A program made the position numbers and the translations under genes. Below the pieces are notes generated by a model. That model searched no databases. It saw only the letters and a list, made by a program, of their open reading frames with translations, and was not told the DNA's origin. Positions 18,901 to 30,760 of a stretch of 64,000 nucleotides of DNA are shown here, one piece after another; the stretch's first letter is position 1; every line of letters begins with the position of its first letter. This DNA is from Macrostomum lignano (taxonomy: Eukaryota). The stretch covers positions 62,001-126,000 of the forward strand of contig NIVC01001356.1 of assembly GCA_002269645.1 (NCBI GenBank). The letters run 5' to 3'.

Positions 18901-21900
18901 CATAAAGCTTGTGAAATGGTGTTTATAAAGCTTGTGAAATGGTGTTTATAAAGCTTGTGAAATGTTTTATTAAGCTTGTGAAATGGTGTTTATAAAGCTT
19001 GTGAAATGTGTTTATTAAGCTTGTGAAATGGTGTTTATAAAGCTTGTGAAATGGTGTTTATTAAGCTTGTGAAATGGTGTTTATACAGCCTGTGAAATGG
19101 TGTTTATAAAGCTTGTGAAATGGTGTTTATAAAGCTTGTGAAATGGTGTTTATAAAGCTTGTGAAATGTACATTTATCAGGTTCGTGAAATGTGTGTTGT
19201 GAAGCTATGACCCATGTTAATACCTGGCCCGTGTCTCTTTAATAAATTAATCAATATTGTTCTAAAGGAAGTTACTCTGCACTCTGCTCTGCTAAGTGTG
19301 AAAACTCATGCAGCCCCTTCATCCCCCAGTTCCAGTCGGTTCAAGTTAATTGCATCTATCGATTGCCCAGTCTCCTGCAAAGAGAGTTTAGTTAGAAAGA
19401 GAATTTTCTCAGAAAGTCAGAAAATCTCATTCATACCTGTGTTCATTATATTTTTGTTGCTTTTCAATTTTTTTGTCAAATTTCAGGATGAAAAGAATCA
19501 AATTATGACTACAAATGTCTGGCTGCGTGAGGTGCGATCTGTTTTTTGATAAAAGTTGAATTTTTTATAACCGATTCTTAATCTCCCTGTCACTGTGAGT
19601 GCAAGTTTGCAAGTTTGGATACAATTCCAGGTCTGGTACGACAGCAAGCTGACCTGGGACCCGGATGCTTATCACGGAGTCAGCACTCTTTACATCCCGT
19701 CTGAGGATATCTGGTTGCCGGATATTGTCCTCTATAACAAGTCAGTTTAGCAATATGTATAGTGTGGCGATATGTATCGATAATGTGTTTTATACCTTAA
19801 CTAAATTTGCCGCTACGCATATGATTAAGATCTACGAGCGTGTTGTGTCTAGACTCCACAGTCTGGTCACTCCACCATCTAGTCACTCTCATATCTAGTC
19901 ACTCTCCTATGTAGTCACTCTCCCACCTAGTCACTCCACCATCTAGTCACTCTCCCGTCTAGTCACTCTTCTATCTAGTCACTCTCCTATCTAGTCACTC
20001 CACCATCTAGTCACTCTCCCGTCTAGTCACTCTCCTATCTAGTCACTCCACCATCTAGTCACTCTCATATCTAGTCACTCTCCTATCTAGTCACTTTCCT
20101 ATCTAGTCACTCTCCCATCTAGTCACTCTCATATCTAGTCGCTCTCCTATGTAGCCACTCTTCTATCTAGTCACTCTTCTGTCTAGTCACTCTTCTATCT
20201 AGTCACTCTCCTATGTAGTCACTCTCCTATGTAGTCACTCTCCTATGTAGTCACTCTCCTACGTAGTCACTCTCCTATGTAGTCACTCTCCTATCTAGTC
20301 ACTCTCATATGTGACTACAGTCTAGTCACTCTTCTATCTAGTCACTCTCCTATCTAGTCACTCTCCTATCTAGTCACTCCACCATCTAGTCACTCTCCCG
20401 TCTAGTCACTCTCCTATCTAGTCACTCCACAATCTAGTCACCGTCTAGTCACTCTTCTATCTAGTCACTCTCCTATCTAATCACTCCACCATCTAGTCAC
20501 TCTCCCGTCTAGTCACTCTCCTATCTAGTCACTCCACAATCTAGTCACTTCACTATCTAGTCACTCTCCTATGTAGTCACTCTCCTATGTAGTCACTCTC
20601 CTATGTAGTCACTCTCCTATGTAGTCACTCTCCTATCTAGTCACTCTTCTATCTAGTCACCTCCAGCCAACCAGCTGGTCACTCTCCTATGTAGTCACTC
20701 TCCTATATAGTCACTCTCCTATGTAGTCACTCTCCTATGTAGTCACTCTCCTATGTAGTCACTCTCCTATGTAGTCACTCTCCTATGTAGTCACTCTCCT
20801 ATGTAGTCACTCTCCTATGTAGTCACTCTCCTATGTAGTCACTCTTCTATGTAGTCACTCTCCTATGTAGTCACTCTCCTATGTAGTCACTCTCCTATGT
20901 AGTCACTCTCCTATGTAGTCACTCTCCTATGTAGTCACTCTCCTATGTAGTCACTCTCCTATGTAGTCACTCTCCTATGTAGTCACTCTCCTATGTAGTC
21001 ACTCTCCTATCTAGTCACTCTTCTATCTAGTCACCTCCAGCCAACCAGCTGGTCACTCTCCTATGTAGTCACTCTCCTATATAGTCACTCTCCTATGTAG
21101 TCACTCTCCTATGTAGTCACTCTCCTATGTAGTCACTCTCCTATGTAGTCACTCTCCTATGTAGTCACTCTCCTATGTAGTCACTCTCCTATCTAGTCAC
21201 TCTCCTATCTAGTCACTCTCCTATCTAGTCACCCCCAGCCAACCAGCTAGTCACTCTCCTATTTAGTCACTCTCTTATCTAGTCACTCCACCATCTAGTC
21301 ACTCTCCCGTCTAGTCACTCTCCTATCTAGTCACTCCACCATCTAGTCACTCTCCCGTCTAGTCACTCTCCTATCTAGTCACTCCACAATCTAGTCACTT
21401 CACTATCTAGTTACTCTCCCACCTAGTCACTCTCCTATCTAGTCACTCTCCTATCTAGTCACTCTCCTATCTAGTCACTCTCCCATCTAGTCACTCTCAT
21501 ATCTAGTCGCTCTACTATGTAGCCACTCTTCTATCTAGTCACTCTTCTATCTAGTCACTCTTCTATCTAGTCACTCTTCTATCTAGTCACTCTCCTATGT
21601 AGTCACTCTCCTATGTAGTCACTCTCCTATGTAGTCACTCTCCTATGTAGTCACTCTCCTATGTAGTCACTCTCCTATGTAGTCACTCTCCTATCTAGTC
21701 ACTCTCCTATCTAGTCACTCTTCTATCTAGTCACCTCCAGCCAACCAGCTGGTCACTCTCCTATGTAGTCACTCTCCTATATAGTCACTCTCCTATGTAG
21801 TCACTCTCCTATGTAGTCACTCTCCTATCTAGTCACTCTCCTATCTAATCACTCTTCTATCTAGTCACCCCCAGCCAACCAGCTAGTCACTCTCCTATCT

Positions 21901-24900
21901 AGTCACTCTCTTATCTAGTCACTCCACCATCAAGTCGCTCAACCATCTAGTCACTCTTATCTAGTCACCCATCTAGCACTCTCCCATCAAATCACTCCCC
22001 CATCTAGTCACTCCCTTATCTAGTCATTCCGCCATCTAATCATTCCTCTATGTAATCACTGCTCTTATCTAGCCACCCTCATTCCCCTAATCAAATCTCT
22101 GTTTTATTTACAGTCAAAATTTTTTTTATTTGCACATTCACGGACCTGGCGCCAATTTAAAATTCAGCGCCGATGGCAACTACGAGGTGACCCTGATGAC
22201 CAAGGCGGCCCTGCAGAGCACCGGAAAAGTGCTGTGGGAGCCGCCAGCTATCTATAAATCATCCTGCCAAATCGATGTGGAATTTTTCCCATTCGATAGC
22301 CAGAATTGTACCATGAAGTTTGGCAGCTGGACCTACGATGGGCTCCAGGTAACTGACGCTGGGGGTTGCAGCAGTGGGCTTATTGATCTCTTACCCTATT
22401 CGAGTAAACACACCCATGTCATGCTATAGGAAACACCCTCTATCACTTAAATAAACACCTCTCGTGTAAATTCAGTAAACAACCAGTTCACTCCAGTAAA
22501 CACACCCACCTCACTCCATTAATCACACCCATACCACACTCCAGTAAGCACACCCATACCTCACTCCAGTAAACACACCCACCTCACTCCAGTAAACACA
22601 CCCACCTCACTCCAGTAAACACACCCACCTCACTTGAGTAAACACACCCACCTCACTCCAGTAAACACACCCACCTCACTCCAGTAAACACACCCACCTC
22701 ACTCCAGTAAACACACCCGCCTCACTCCAGTAAACACACCCACCTCACTCCAGTAAACACACCCGCCTCACTCCAGTAAACACACCCACCTCACTCCAGT
22801 AAACACACCCACCTCACTCCAGTAAACACACCCACCTCACTCCAGTAAACACACCCGCCTCACTCCAGTAAACACACCCACCTCACTCCAGTAAACACAC
22901 CCGCCTCACTCCAGTAAACACACCCACCTCACTCCAGTAAACACACCCACCTCACTCCAGTAAACACACCCACCTCACTCCAGTAAACACACCCACCTCA
23001 CTCCAGTAAACACACCCACCACACTCCAGTAAGCACACCCATACCTCACTCCAGTAAACACCCACCTCACTCCAGTAAACACACCATACCTCACTCCAGT
23101 AAACGCAACCACCTCACTCCAATAAAAACCCCTATTTGAATTCAGTAAACACACCCTACACCTCACCTGCACCGCAGGTGGACCTTCGCCACATTCAGCA
23201 GGCCAACAGCAGCGAGCCCGTAGTTGAGTTCGGCATTGATCTGGAAACATTCTACGAGTCCACCGAATGGGACGTCCTTGAAGTGCCGGCCAAGCGACAC
23301 GAGAAGGTCTACCCCTGCTGTCCGGAGCCCTACCCCGACATCACCTTCGCCATCATACTTCGCCGAAAGACCCTGTTTTACACCGTGAATCTAATCATAC
23401 CCTGCGTGGCAATCAGCTTTCTCACCGTCATGGTTTTCTATCTGCCATCCGACAGCGGCGAGAAGATCACCCTGTGCATCTCCATTCTGCTCGCTCTGAC
23501 CGTGTTTTTCCTTCTATTAGCTGAGACTATACCGCCAACTTCGCTAGTAGTGCCGCTGATTGGCAAGTACCTGCTGTTTACCATGATTCTAGTCACTCTG
23601 TCCATCATTGTCACCGTGATTGTGCTCAATGTACACTTCCGCGGCCCGGCCACGCATCGGATGGCGCCCTGGGTTCGACGCCTGTTTCTTGAGTCGCTGC
23701 CGGCCCTGCTGCTCATGCCGCCGCATCCGGGGCTAGCCAGGGCTGCGGCCGCTGCGGTGAGACTGGGGGAGTGACTAGAGAGTGGAGTGACAAGATGGGA
23801 GAGTGAATCGACAGATGAGTGATTAGATAATAGAGTGGATAGATGGTGAAGTGTCTAGATGGAGGAGTGACTAGATGGGGGAGTGACTAGATCGGGGAGT
23901 GACTAGAGAGCGGAGTGACAAGATGGGAGAGTGAATCGACAGATGAGTGATTAGATGATCTAGAGTGGATAGATGGTGAAACGTCTAGATGGAGGAGTGA
24001 CTAGATGGGGAGTGACTAGATCGGGGAGTGACTAGATCGAGGAGTGACTAGATGGGGAGTGACTAGATCGGGGAGTGACTAGATCGGGGAGTGACTAGAT
24101 CGGGGAAAGACTAGATGGGGGAGTGACTAGATGGGAGAGTGACTAGATCGGGGAGTGAATAGATCGGGGAGTGACTAGATGAAAGAGTGACTAGATCGGG
24201 AGTGACTAGATGGGGGAGTGACTAGATCGGGGAGTGACTATAAATTTCACTGTAGAGTGTGACTAGACGGAGAGTGAAGAGTAGATGCCTGGTGACAAGA
24301 CACTGACTGATTCCAACATACCATTCTCTCCAGAAAGCCCCACAAGCGGCTGCAGCTCAATGCCAGCAGCAGAGCCGTCAGAACGTTCGCATCGCTCGCG
24401 ATCTTGAAGTCCTGCTGACGCGCACGCAAGACACCTGGAATGATCGAGATGGGGCTGCCGCAGCTGCCGACTTCAACGACGAGCTGGCAGACCCCCGCCT
24501 GCGTCGAGATCTGCAGTTCGCCCTGTACGGCGTGGAATTCATTGCCAGGCATTTGAAACGGGAGGACGAGGAGAAAAATGCGAGTTTTTGTTTCAATTTT
24601 GCCTACTAATAGTAGAAAGTTTGAGTTTTTAGCGATTTTTTTCTATAGAAATTCTTAACTCGTCTTTTGAAGTTTAAAGTGTCCCACCCTAAAATCATAT
24701 AACTTCGACTCATCTCTGACACAGACCGTTCTCATCGCTCGACAATCTTTCAGATTCGCGACGATTGGAAATTTGTGGCTTTGGTTTTGGACAGACTGTT
24801 TCTGTGGATATTTTCAATTGCATGTGTGACTGGTGAGCAAATCTTGTGATGCAGGTTGTAATTCAGTTTGTAGTGCAGCTGGTAATGCGCTTGATAAAGC

Positions 24901-25510
24901 GGTTGGTAATGAGCTCGGTAATGAGATTGGTAATGAAGTTGGTAATGAGATTGAAGTTGGTAATGGGGTCGGTAATGAGATCGGTAATGAAGTTGGTAAT
25001 CAGCTTGGTAATTAGATTGGTAATGAGATCGGTATTGGGATCGGTAATGAGGTTGGTAATGAGATTGGTATTGGGATCGGTAATGAGGTTGGTAATGAGA
25101 TTGGTAATGTCAATGAGATCGGTAATGAGTTTGGTAATGAAGTCGGTAATGAAGTTGGTAATGAGATCGGCAATGAAGTTGGCAATGAAATTGGTAATGA
25201 AGTTGCTAATGAGATCGGTAATGTAGTTGGTAATGAGCTTGGTATTTAGATTGGTTATGAGGTCAGTATTGGGTTGGTAATGAAGTTGGTAATGAAGTTG
25301 GTAATAAGATTGGTAATCAAGTTGGTAATGAAATCGGTAACGTAAGTCAGCAACGCAGTCGGCATTGCAGACGTGAACATTCCACTCCCACGAACCGCAG
25401 GCACACTGGGGGTGATCCTGCAGGCTCCCACTCTCTATGATGACAGTCAGGCCATCGACTTGAAAAACCTGAGCTACAGATCTGAGCAGGAGATCATCAA
25501 CCAAATTTGA
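14927..25510 (+). CDS. Nicotinic acetylcholine receptor alpha subunit (Cys-loop, cation-selective, arthropod alpha1-4-like), 517 aa
   Basis: Exons 14927-14969, 15670-15830, 19487-19531, 19631-19740, 22168-22348, 23178-23756, 24334-24579, 24754-24832, 25401-25510 total 1554 nt in frame. Features: signal peptide [48 protein letters not shown], Cys-loop [15 protein letters not shown], loop B WTYDG, vicinal cysteines YPCCPEPY (alpha type), M1-M3 with the GEK cation ring, and M4 [18 protein letters not shown]. Confidence 0.95.
15085..15310. repeat. Tandem array, 32 bp unit (TCTAATCATCAATGATTTGCATCTAGATCAAA)
   Basis: Direct; nAChR intron 1. Confidence 0.9.
15319..15560. repeat. Tandem array, 33 bp unit (AGAATGGATTGCTAATCTAT + AGGATAAAGGAAT)
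   Basis: Direct; nAChR intron 1; shares its 20-mer core with the array at 62226. Confidence 0.9.
15833..15918. repeat. (GA)n microsatellite starting at the nAChR exon 2 donor
   Basis: Direct. Confidence 0.97.
16395..16670. repeat. GA-rich low-complexity tract
   Basis: Direct. Confidence 0.85.
17342..19167. repeat. Intronic tandem array, 23 bp unit (AAAGCTTGTGAAATCGTGTTGTT and variants)
   Basis: About 80 copies with ordered variant blocks; nAChR intron 2. Confidence 0.95.
19860..22060 (+). repeat. Intronic tandem array, 16 bp unit (CTAGTCACTCTCCTAT / GTAGTCACTCTCCTAT)
   Basis: About 130 copies; nAChR intron 4; its reverse-complement family lies in intron 6. Confidence 0.95.
22495..23125. 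repeat. Intronic tandem array, 23 bp unit (CCAGTAAACACACCCACCTCACT)
   Basis: Direct; nAChR intron 5. Confidence 0.95.
23765..24242 (-). repeat. Intronic array, ~16-17 bp unit (GGGGAGTGACTAGATC), the inverted copy of the 19860-22060 family
   Basis: GAGTGACTAG is the reverse complement of CTAGTCACTC; nAChR intron 6. Confidence 0.9.
24580..24753 (+). other. Non-canonical GC-AG intron (nAChR intron 7)
   Basis: AAT|GCGAGT...TTTCAG|ATT gives [24 protein letters not shown], which has the conserved MA-helix spacing. Confidence 0.75.
24860..25340. repeat. Degenerate 12 bp array (GGTAATGAGATT / GGTAATGAAGTT)
   Basis: Direct; nAChR intron 8. Confidence 0.88.
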
Positions 25511-25821
25511 GATTCAAGACGGGTATTGAATTTGCGAGTGTAGTTTCATACCTGTAGCTTCTGTTTATTCTGTTTATAGCTGTTTGTTTAGCAATTCAAC
25601 TCGTACTAATAACTGAATGTTTTGCATATTGTAATGCGTAATTAATGATTAAATAATTTTAATGTAAGTTTATTTTATTGTCCAGAATTCTGTTACCCAT
25701 TTTGTAACACACAGTGGTTACGCTAAGAACAATAAAATAGATTCATAAAACCAATGAGTCGAGCTGTGCCATATTTTTACCGTTTTGGGCACAGTACATG
25801 TACAATTGTACGTAGGATATT

Positions 25822-27334
25822 GTACACAGGTCTCCCTTCTATCCCAGATGTACACAGGGTCTCCCTTCTATCCCAGATGTACACAGGGTCTCTCTTCTAT
25901 CCCAGATGTACACAGGGTCTCCCTTCTATCCCAGATGTACACAGGTCTCCCTTCTATCCCAGATGTACACAGGTCTCCCTTCTATCCCATATGTACACAG
26001 GTCTCCCTTCTATTCCAGATGTACACAGGTCTCCCTTCTATCCCAGATGTACACAGGTCTCCCTTCTATCCCAGATGTACACAGGGTCTCCCTTCTATCC
26101 CAGATGAACACAGGTCTCCCTTCTATCCCAGATGTACACAGGGTCTCCCTTCTATCCCATATGTACACAGGTCTCCCTTCTATCCCAGATGTACACAGGT
26201 CTCCCTTCTATCCCAGATGTACACAGGTCTCCCTTCTATCCCAGATGTACACAGGTCTCCCTTCTATCCCATATGTACACAGGTCTCCCTTCTATCCCAG
26301 ATGTACACAGGGTCTCCCTTCTATCCCAGATGAACACATGGTCTCTCTTCTATCCCAGATGAACACAGGGTCTCCCTTCATATATCAGATGAACACAGGT
26401 CTCCCTTCTATATCAGATGAACACAGGGTCTCCCTTCTATCCCAGATGAACACAGGGTCTCTCTTCTATCCCAGATGAACACAGGGTCTCTCTTCTATCC
26501 CAGATGAACACAGGTCTCCCTTCTATCCCAGATGAACACAGGGTCTCCCTTCTATATCAGATGAACACAGGGTCTCTCTTCTATCCCAGATGTACACAGG
26601 GTCTCTCTTCTATCCCAGATGTACACAGGGTCTCTCTTCTATCCCAGATGTACACAGGGTCTCTCTTCTATCCCAGATGAACACAGGTCTCCCTTCTATC
26701 CCAGATGAACACAGGGTCTCTCTTCTATCCCAGATGTACACAGGGTCTCTCTTCTATCCCAGATGTACACAGGGTCTCCCTTCTATCCCAGATGAACACA
26801 GGGTCTCCCTTCTATCCCAGATGTACACAGGTCTCCCTTCTATCCCAGATGCACACAGGTCTCCCTTCTATCCCAGATGCACACAGGTCTCCCTTCTATC
26901 CCAGATGAACACAGGTTTCCCTTCTATCCCAGATGAACACAGGTCTCCCTTCTATCCCAGATGAACACAGGTCTCCCTTCTATCCCAGATGAACACAGGT
27001 CTCCCTTCTATCCCAGATGAACACAGGTCTCCCTTCTATCCCAGATGAACACAGGTCTCCCTTCTATCCCAGATGAACACAGGTCTCCCTTCTATCCCAT
27101 ATGAACACAGGTCTCCCTTCTATCCCAGATGAACACAGGTCTCCCTTCTATCCCAGATGAACACAGGTCTCCCTTCTATCCCAGATGAACACAGGTCTCC
27201 CTTCTATCCCAGATGAACACAGGTCTCCCTTCTATCCCAGATGAACACAGGTCTCCCTTCTATCCCAGATGAACACAGGTCTCCCTTCTATCCCAGATGA
27301 ACACAGGTCTCCCTTCTATCCCAGATGAACACAG
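25822..27334. repeat. Tandem array, 28/29 bp unit (ACACAGGTCTCCCTTCTATCCCAGATGT/A)
   Basis: About 52 copies; the GTACAC variant gives way to GAACAC along the array. Confidence 0.95.
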
Positions 27335-27725
27335 CTACTTTAAGGAGTATCAAACAGTTTCGCTACAGGCATTTGCAACTTAATGACTGGCTATACCTAA
27401 CAGTTTTCCACTTCTGTCACCGAAAAATAAAGTTGCTTTCTTAGTTCATCATTGAGTGCTATAGGTAATTAACCTGTCAGAGTTTAGTACAGTGATCAGG
27501 TTTAGAAGATAAAAGAATGTCAAAACAAATACTTGAAGTAATAAGCATGGATAGAACCTGCACGATAGGGTCAAGAAAAGTTACGGCTGCGCCACAATAA
27601 TTTTAATTACTCTGCAGTAAAAAAATTGTTCGCTGGACACTATTGGGCTTGAAAATTATTATGGTCGTGATGCAGATAAATGGATGCATGCAGCAGCAGA
27701 CCAGCTGCCTGCAGGGAATGTGCAA

Positions 27726-28170
27726 GGACTACTAAACTAGGACTACTAAACTAGGACTACTAAACTAGGACTACTAAACTAGGACTACTAAACTAGGACT
27801 ACTAAACTAGGACTACTAAACTAGGATTACTAAACTAGGACTACTAAACTAGGACTACTAAACTAGGACTACTAAACTGGGACTACTAAACTAGGACTAC
27901 TAAACTAGGACTACTAAACTAGGACTACTAAACTAGGACTACTAAACTAGGACTACTAAATTAGGACTACTAAATTAGGACTACTAAACTAGGACTACTA
28001 AATTAGGACTACTAAATTAGGACTACTAAACTAGGACTACTAAACTAGGACAATGGACTACGACTACTGGACTAGGGCTACTAGACTAGAACTACCAGAC
28101 TACCGTAGGACTACTGGACTAGGACGTAGACTAGGTACTGGACTAGGGCTACTGGATTAGGACCGCTAGA
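27726..28170. repeat. Tandem array, 14 bp unit (GGACTACTAAACTA), degenerate 3' end
   Basis: Direct. Confidence 0.92.
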
Positions 28171-28441
28171 CTAGGACTACCGGACTAGATAACGAAGTGT
28201 TCCTAGTGGTCCTTGGAAATGTGTCCCGCTGTTCGAGGGTCAATCGAATATCAGATATACTTGAACATGTTTTGAGTTCATGTCTCGCAAGGGCAGGCCT
28301 GCAAGAGGAGAAACAATTTATTGGCCTTTTAAATCTTGTGACCCTCAGCCACAAGAGCGGAAGTGCTACACATAATCCCTATTAGCGCAGAACTGAAAAA
28401 AATAAACAAAATATGATTCATAACACACAAGGCTAAACAGT

Positions 28442-29413
28442 CTATAGTTTAAATTGTGGTGGTTGAATTAAGTACGATAAAACAAGTGCGCTACCAGATA
28501 AATGAAGACAGTAAAAGATTATATGTGTGTTACGATCGGGATAGTCTTTGTAGACTCCGTTCGCGTCCATTAAATGAGCACTCGCCGTACCACCAGCCTC
28601 CGGACTGTCCTTGTGCGCAGTTGCCTTCGCTCCAGTCGTCATTGTCGGAGTCCGGGGTGCTGAACTGCCAGTTGTTCGGCTGAGAACTTATGATAAGTCA
28701 GCTGTCCGACACTCGACCTGCTCGCGTCCAGAGGTCCCATCAAGCACCTGTACTTGCCGCTCGCTGGGCCAACAGAGAACGGAGCATTCTCAGCCCAGTA
28801 CCAGGGGCCGTTCCAGTCGCTGAACTCCCAGCGGACTCTCCACACTCCAGTGGCGGTCAGCTGGTGGAGCTGCTCCAGTCCCATCCAGTAGTTGAGACTC
28901 TCGCCCTGACCGAATCCGCTTGCGTACAGTAGTCCGCCCAGTTTCGGTTGAAGCTGACGGAGCCGTCGACTCTGTGCTGGAAGGTCGTCCAGCACTTCAC
29001 CGGCTTCCTCATCTGCAGTGGGAGATGCGGTGCTGCATTTCGTGCACGCATATTGATGCGGTGCTGCACTTCGTGCACGCATATTGATGCGGTGCTGCAA
29101 AGTGCAGAATCCAAAAAGCAAAGCCCAGCTCACTCACCCACAGCTGAGCCAGGCTGGAGTCGCTGGCGTGCCGGCACTTCCTGCAGTCGTCCATCGCTCC
29201 CCGATCGCAGGCCAGCAGCGAGCAGGAGCCCGAGGCCGCGTCGAAGCGGACGGCTTCCGCGTTGTCAGCAAGCATCGTACAGTACCTGTCGTTGATGGCC
29301 AGCTTCACCGCCAGCACCCGGTGCTCGGCGAGATCGCCTCGGTGGAGCTCCCAGCCGGAGTCTGCGGCCGTTGCAGTCGCCATGACAGCGCAGATGATGA
29401 GCAGAGAATGCAT
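28442..29413 (-). pseudogene. Secreted PAN/apple-like + fibrinogen C-terminal (FReD) domain gene, frameshifted
   Basis: Exon 1 (29413-29138): signal peptide MHSLLIICAVMATATAA, then a Cys-containing PAN-like segment, donor GTGAGT. Exon 2 from 29012: WTTFQHRVDGSVSFNRNWADY|ASGFG..YWMGLEQLHQLT..FSVGPASGKYR..|[24 protein letters not shown]|..NGVY. The conserved motifs fall in changing frames, with lesions at 28925-28931 (+5), ~28680 and ~28571. The first lesion leads to a premature stop at 28857-28859. Confidence 0.85.
28925..28931. mobile_element. Putative Tc1/mariner excision footprint TA-CAG-TA
   Basis: Removing 5 nt restores W-A-D-Y-A-S-G-F-G (FReD WxDYxxGFG). The extra bases read TACAGTA (TACTGTA on the other strand), the canonical Sleeping Beauty-type footprint. 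Confidence 0.6.
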
Positions 29414-30299
29414 AGCGTCGTGAGACAGCAGTTTGTTTGAGATTCCACAGTTTCGTTTCGCGTGTTGGCATCCCGAGAGGCTGCGCTTTAATAACTTGAG
29501 TTTAGAGCTGGGTGACTGAGTTTTGTTTATGTACAACTGCTTGGCAAACATGAGTGACAAGCGGATGAGGGAAGAGAATTGAGGCGTCGATTTCTTCTCA
29601 GTATACGGCTGATAAACAGGTCTCTTGCAAGGTTGTCAAGGTGATCCAGTCCCACCCAGCAATGCCCCTTGATCGGCCTAATGACTATTTACTGTGCAGA
29701 ATCTTCTTGGTTTTTAGAGGTAAGGTGGTTGTCAGGACCAATGTAAATTCACTGCTAATCTATCTGCATTAGAGCTCTTCTAATAGAGATGGGCCCTCAT
29801 TATACATCAGTGCACATTATCCTATTTTTACATAAAAGTGTGCCATTCGATCTAGCTCTTTGTCCATATTCTAGTTCAATGCACTGGCCATTGTTGTACA
29901 CAGAGTGGCCGGCCATCCAAGACTGGCCCTGCCGACACCTTCTGTCAGCTGTCAGGGTAGAGAGACAATGAGAGACGAAGCACGAATTAAGTATTTAAGT
30001 GAATTATTGAAAGTTAGTAGCTTCTCAAATCGTCACCCCGTTTATATATAGACTCATCGATCAGATAGGTACATGTATGATATTAAACGATAGGACACCG
30101 TCATGTGCATGCCTGACTGTCTGCATGTCGAAATAAACGAAGAAAGTTGCCTTGACAAGCTCCATATATACACTAGTCCCATTTGACACACAGTGGGAAA
30201 GAGAATCAACCATATCTGAAAGGAATATAGGGATAAGGAATAATGGGGATATTTTATGTGTCAGCTGTAACTGTCAGTTAGCTACGAAAAGGTGAGGTC

Positions 30300-30760
30300 G
30301 AGAGTGGCAGTGACAGGAGAGAGAGAGGCAGAGAAAGAGTAAGAGCTGGAGGAAGAGAGGGCGAGAGGGAAAGTGAGAGGAGAGAGAGAGGCAGAGAAAG
30401 AGTAAGAGCTTGAGGAAGAGAGGGCGAGAGGGAAAGTGAGAGGAGAGAGAGAGGCAGAGAAAGAGTAAGAGCTTGAGGATGAGAGGACGAGAGGGAAAGT
30501 GAGAGTGAGAGAGAGGAGGGTAAGAGTATAAGGGGATATTGAGAGGGGGGATTAGTCAGGGCAAGATAAGAGAGAGACAGAGTACGCAGAGGTAGAGAGA
30601 GAGTGAGAGAAAAAGGGAAAGAGAGTGAGGGTAAGATGCAGGGGAGGAAAATTGAGAGTGAGAGGGTGAAAGAGTGAGAGGGAGGGTGAGAGTCAGTGAG
30701 AGGGAGAGAGGAAGAGAGAGTGATGAGAGGGTGAGAATGAGGGCTTTGAAGAGGGTCTGA
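30300..30760. repeat. GA-rich low-complexity tract with short internal duplications
   Basis: Direct. Confidence 0.8.
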
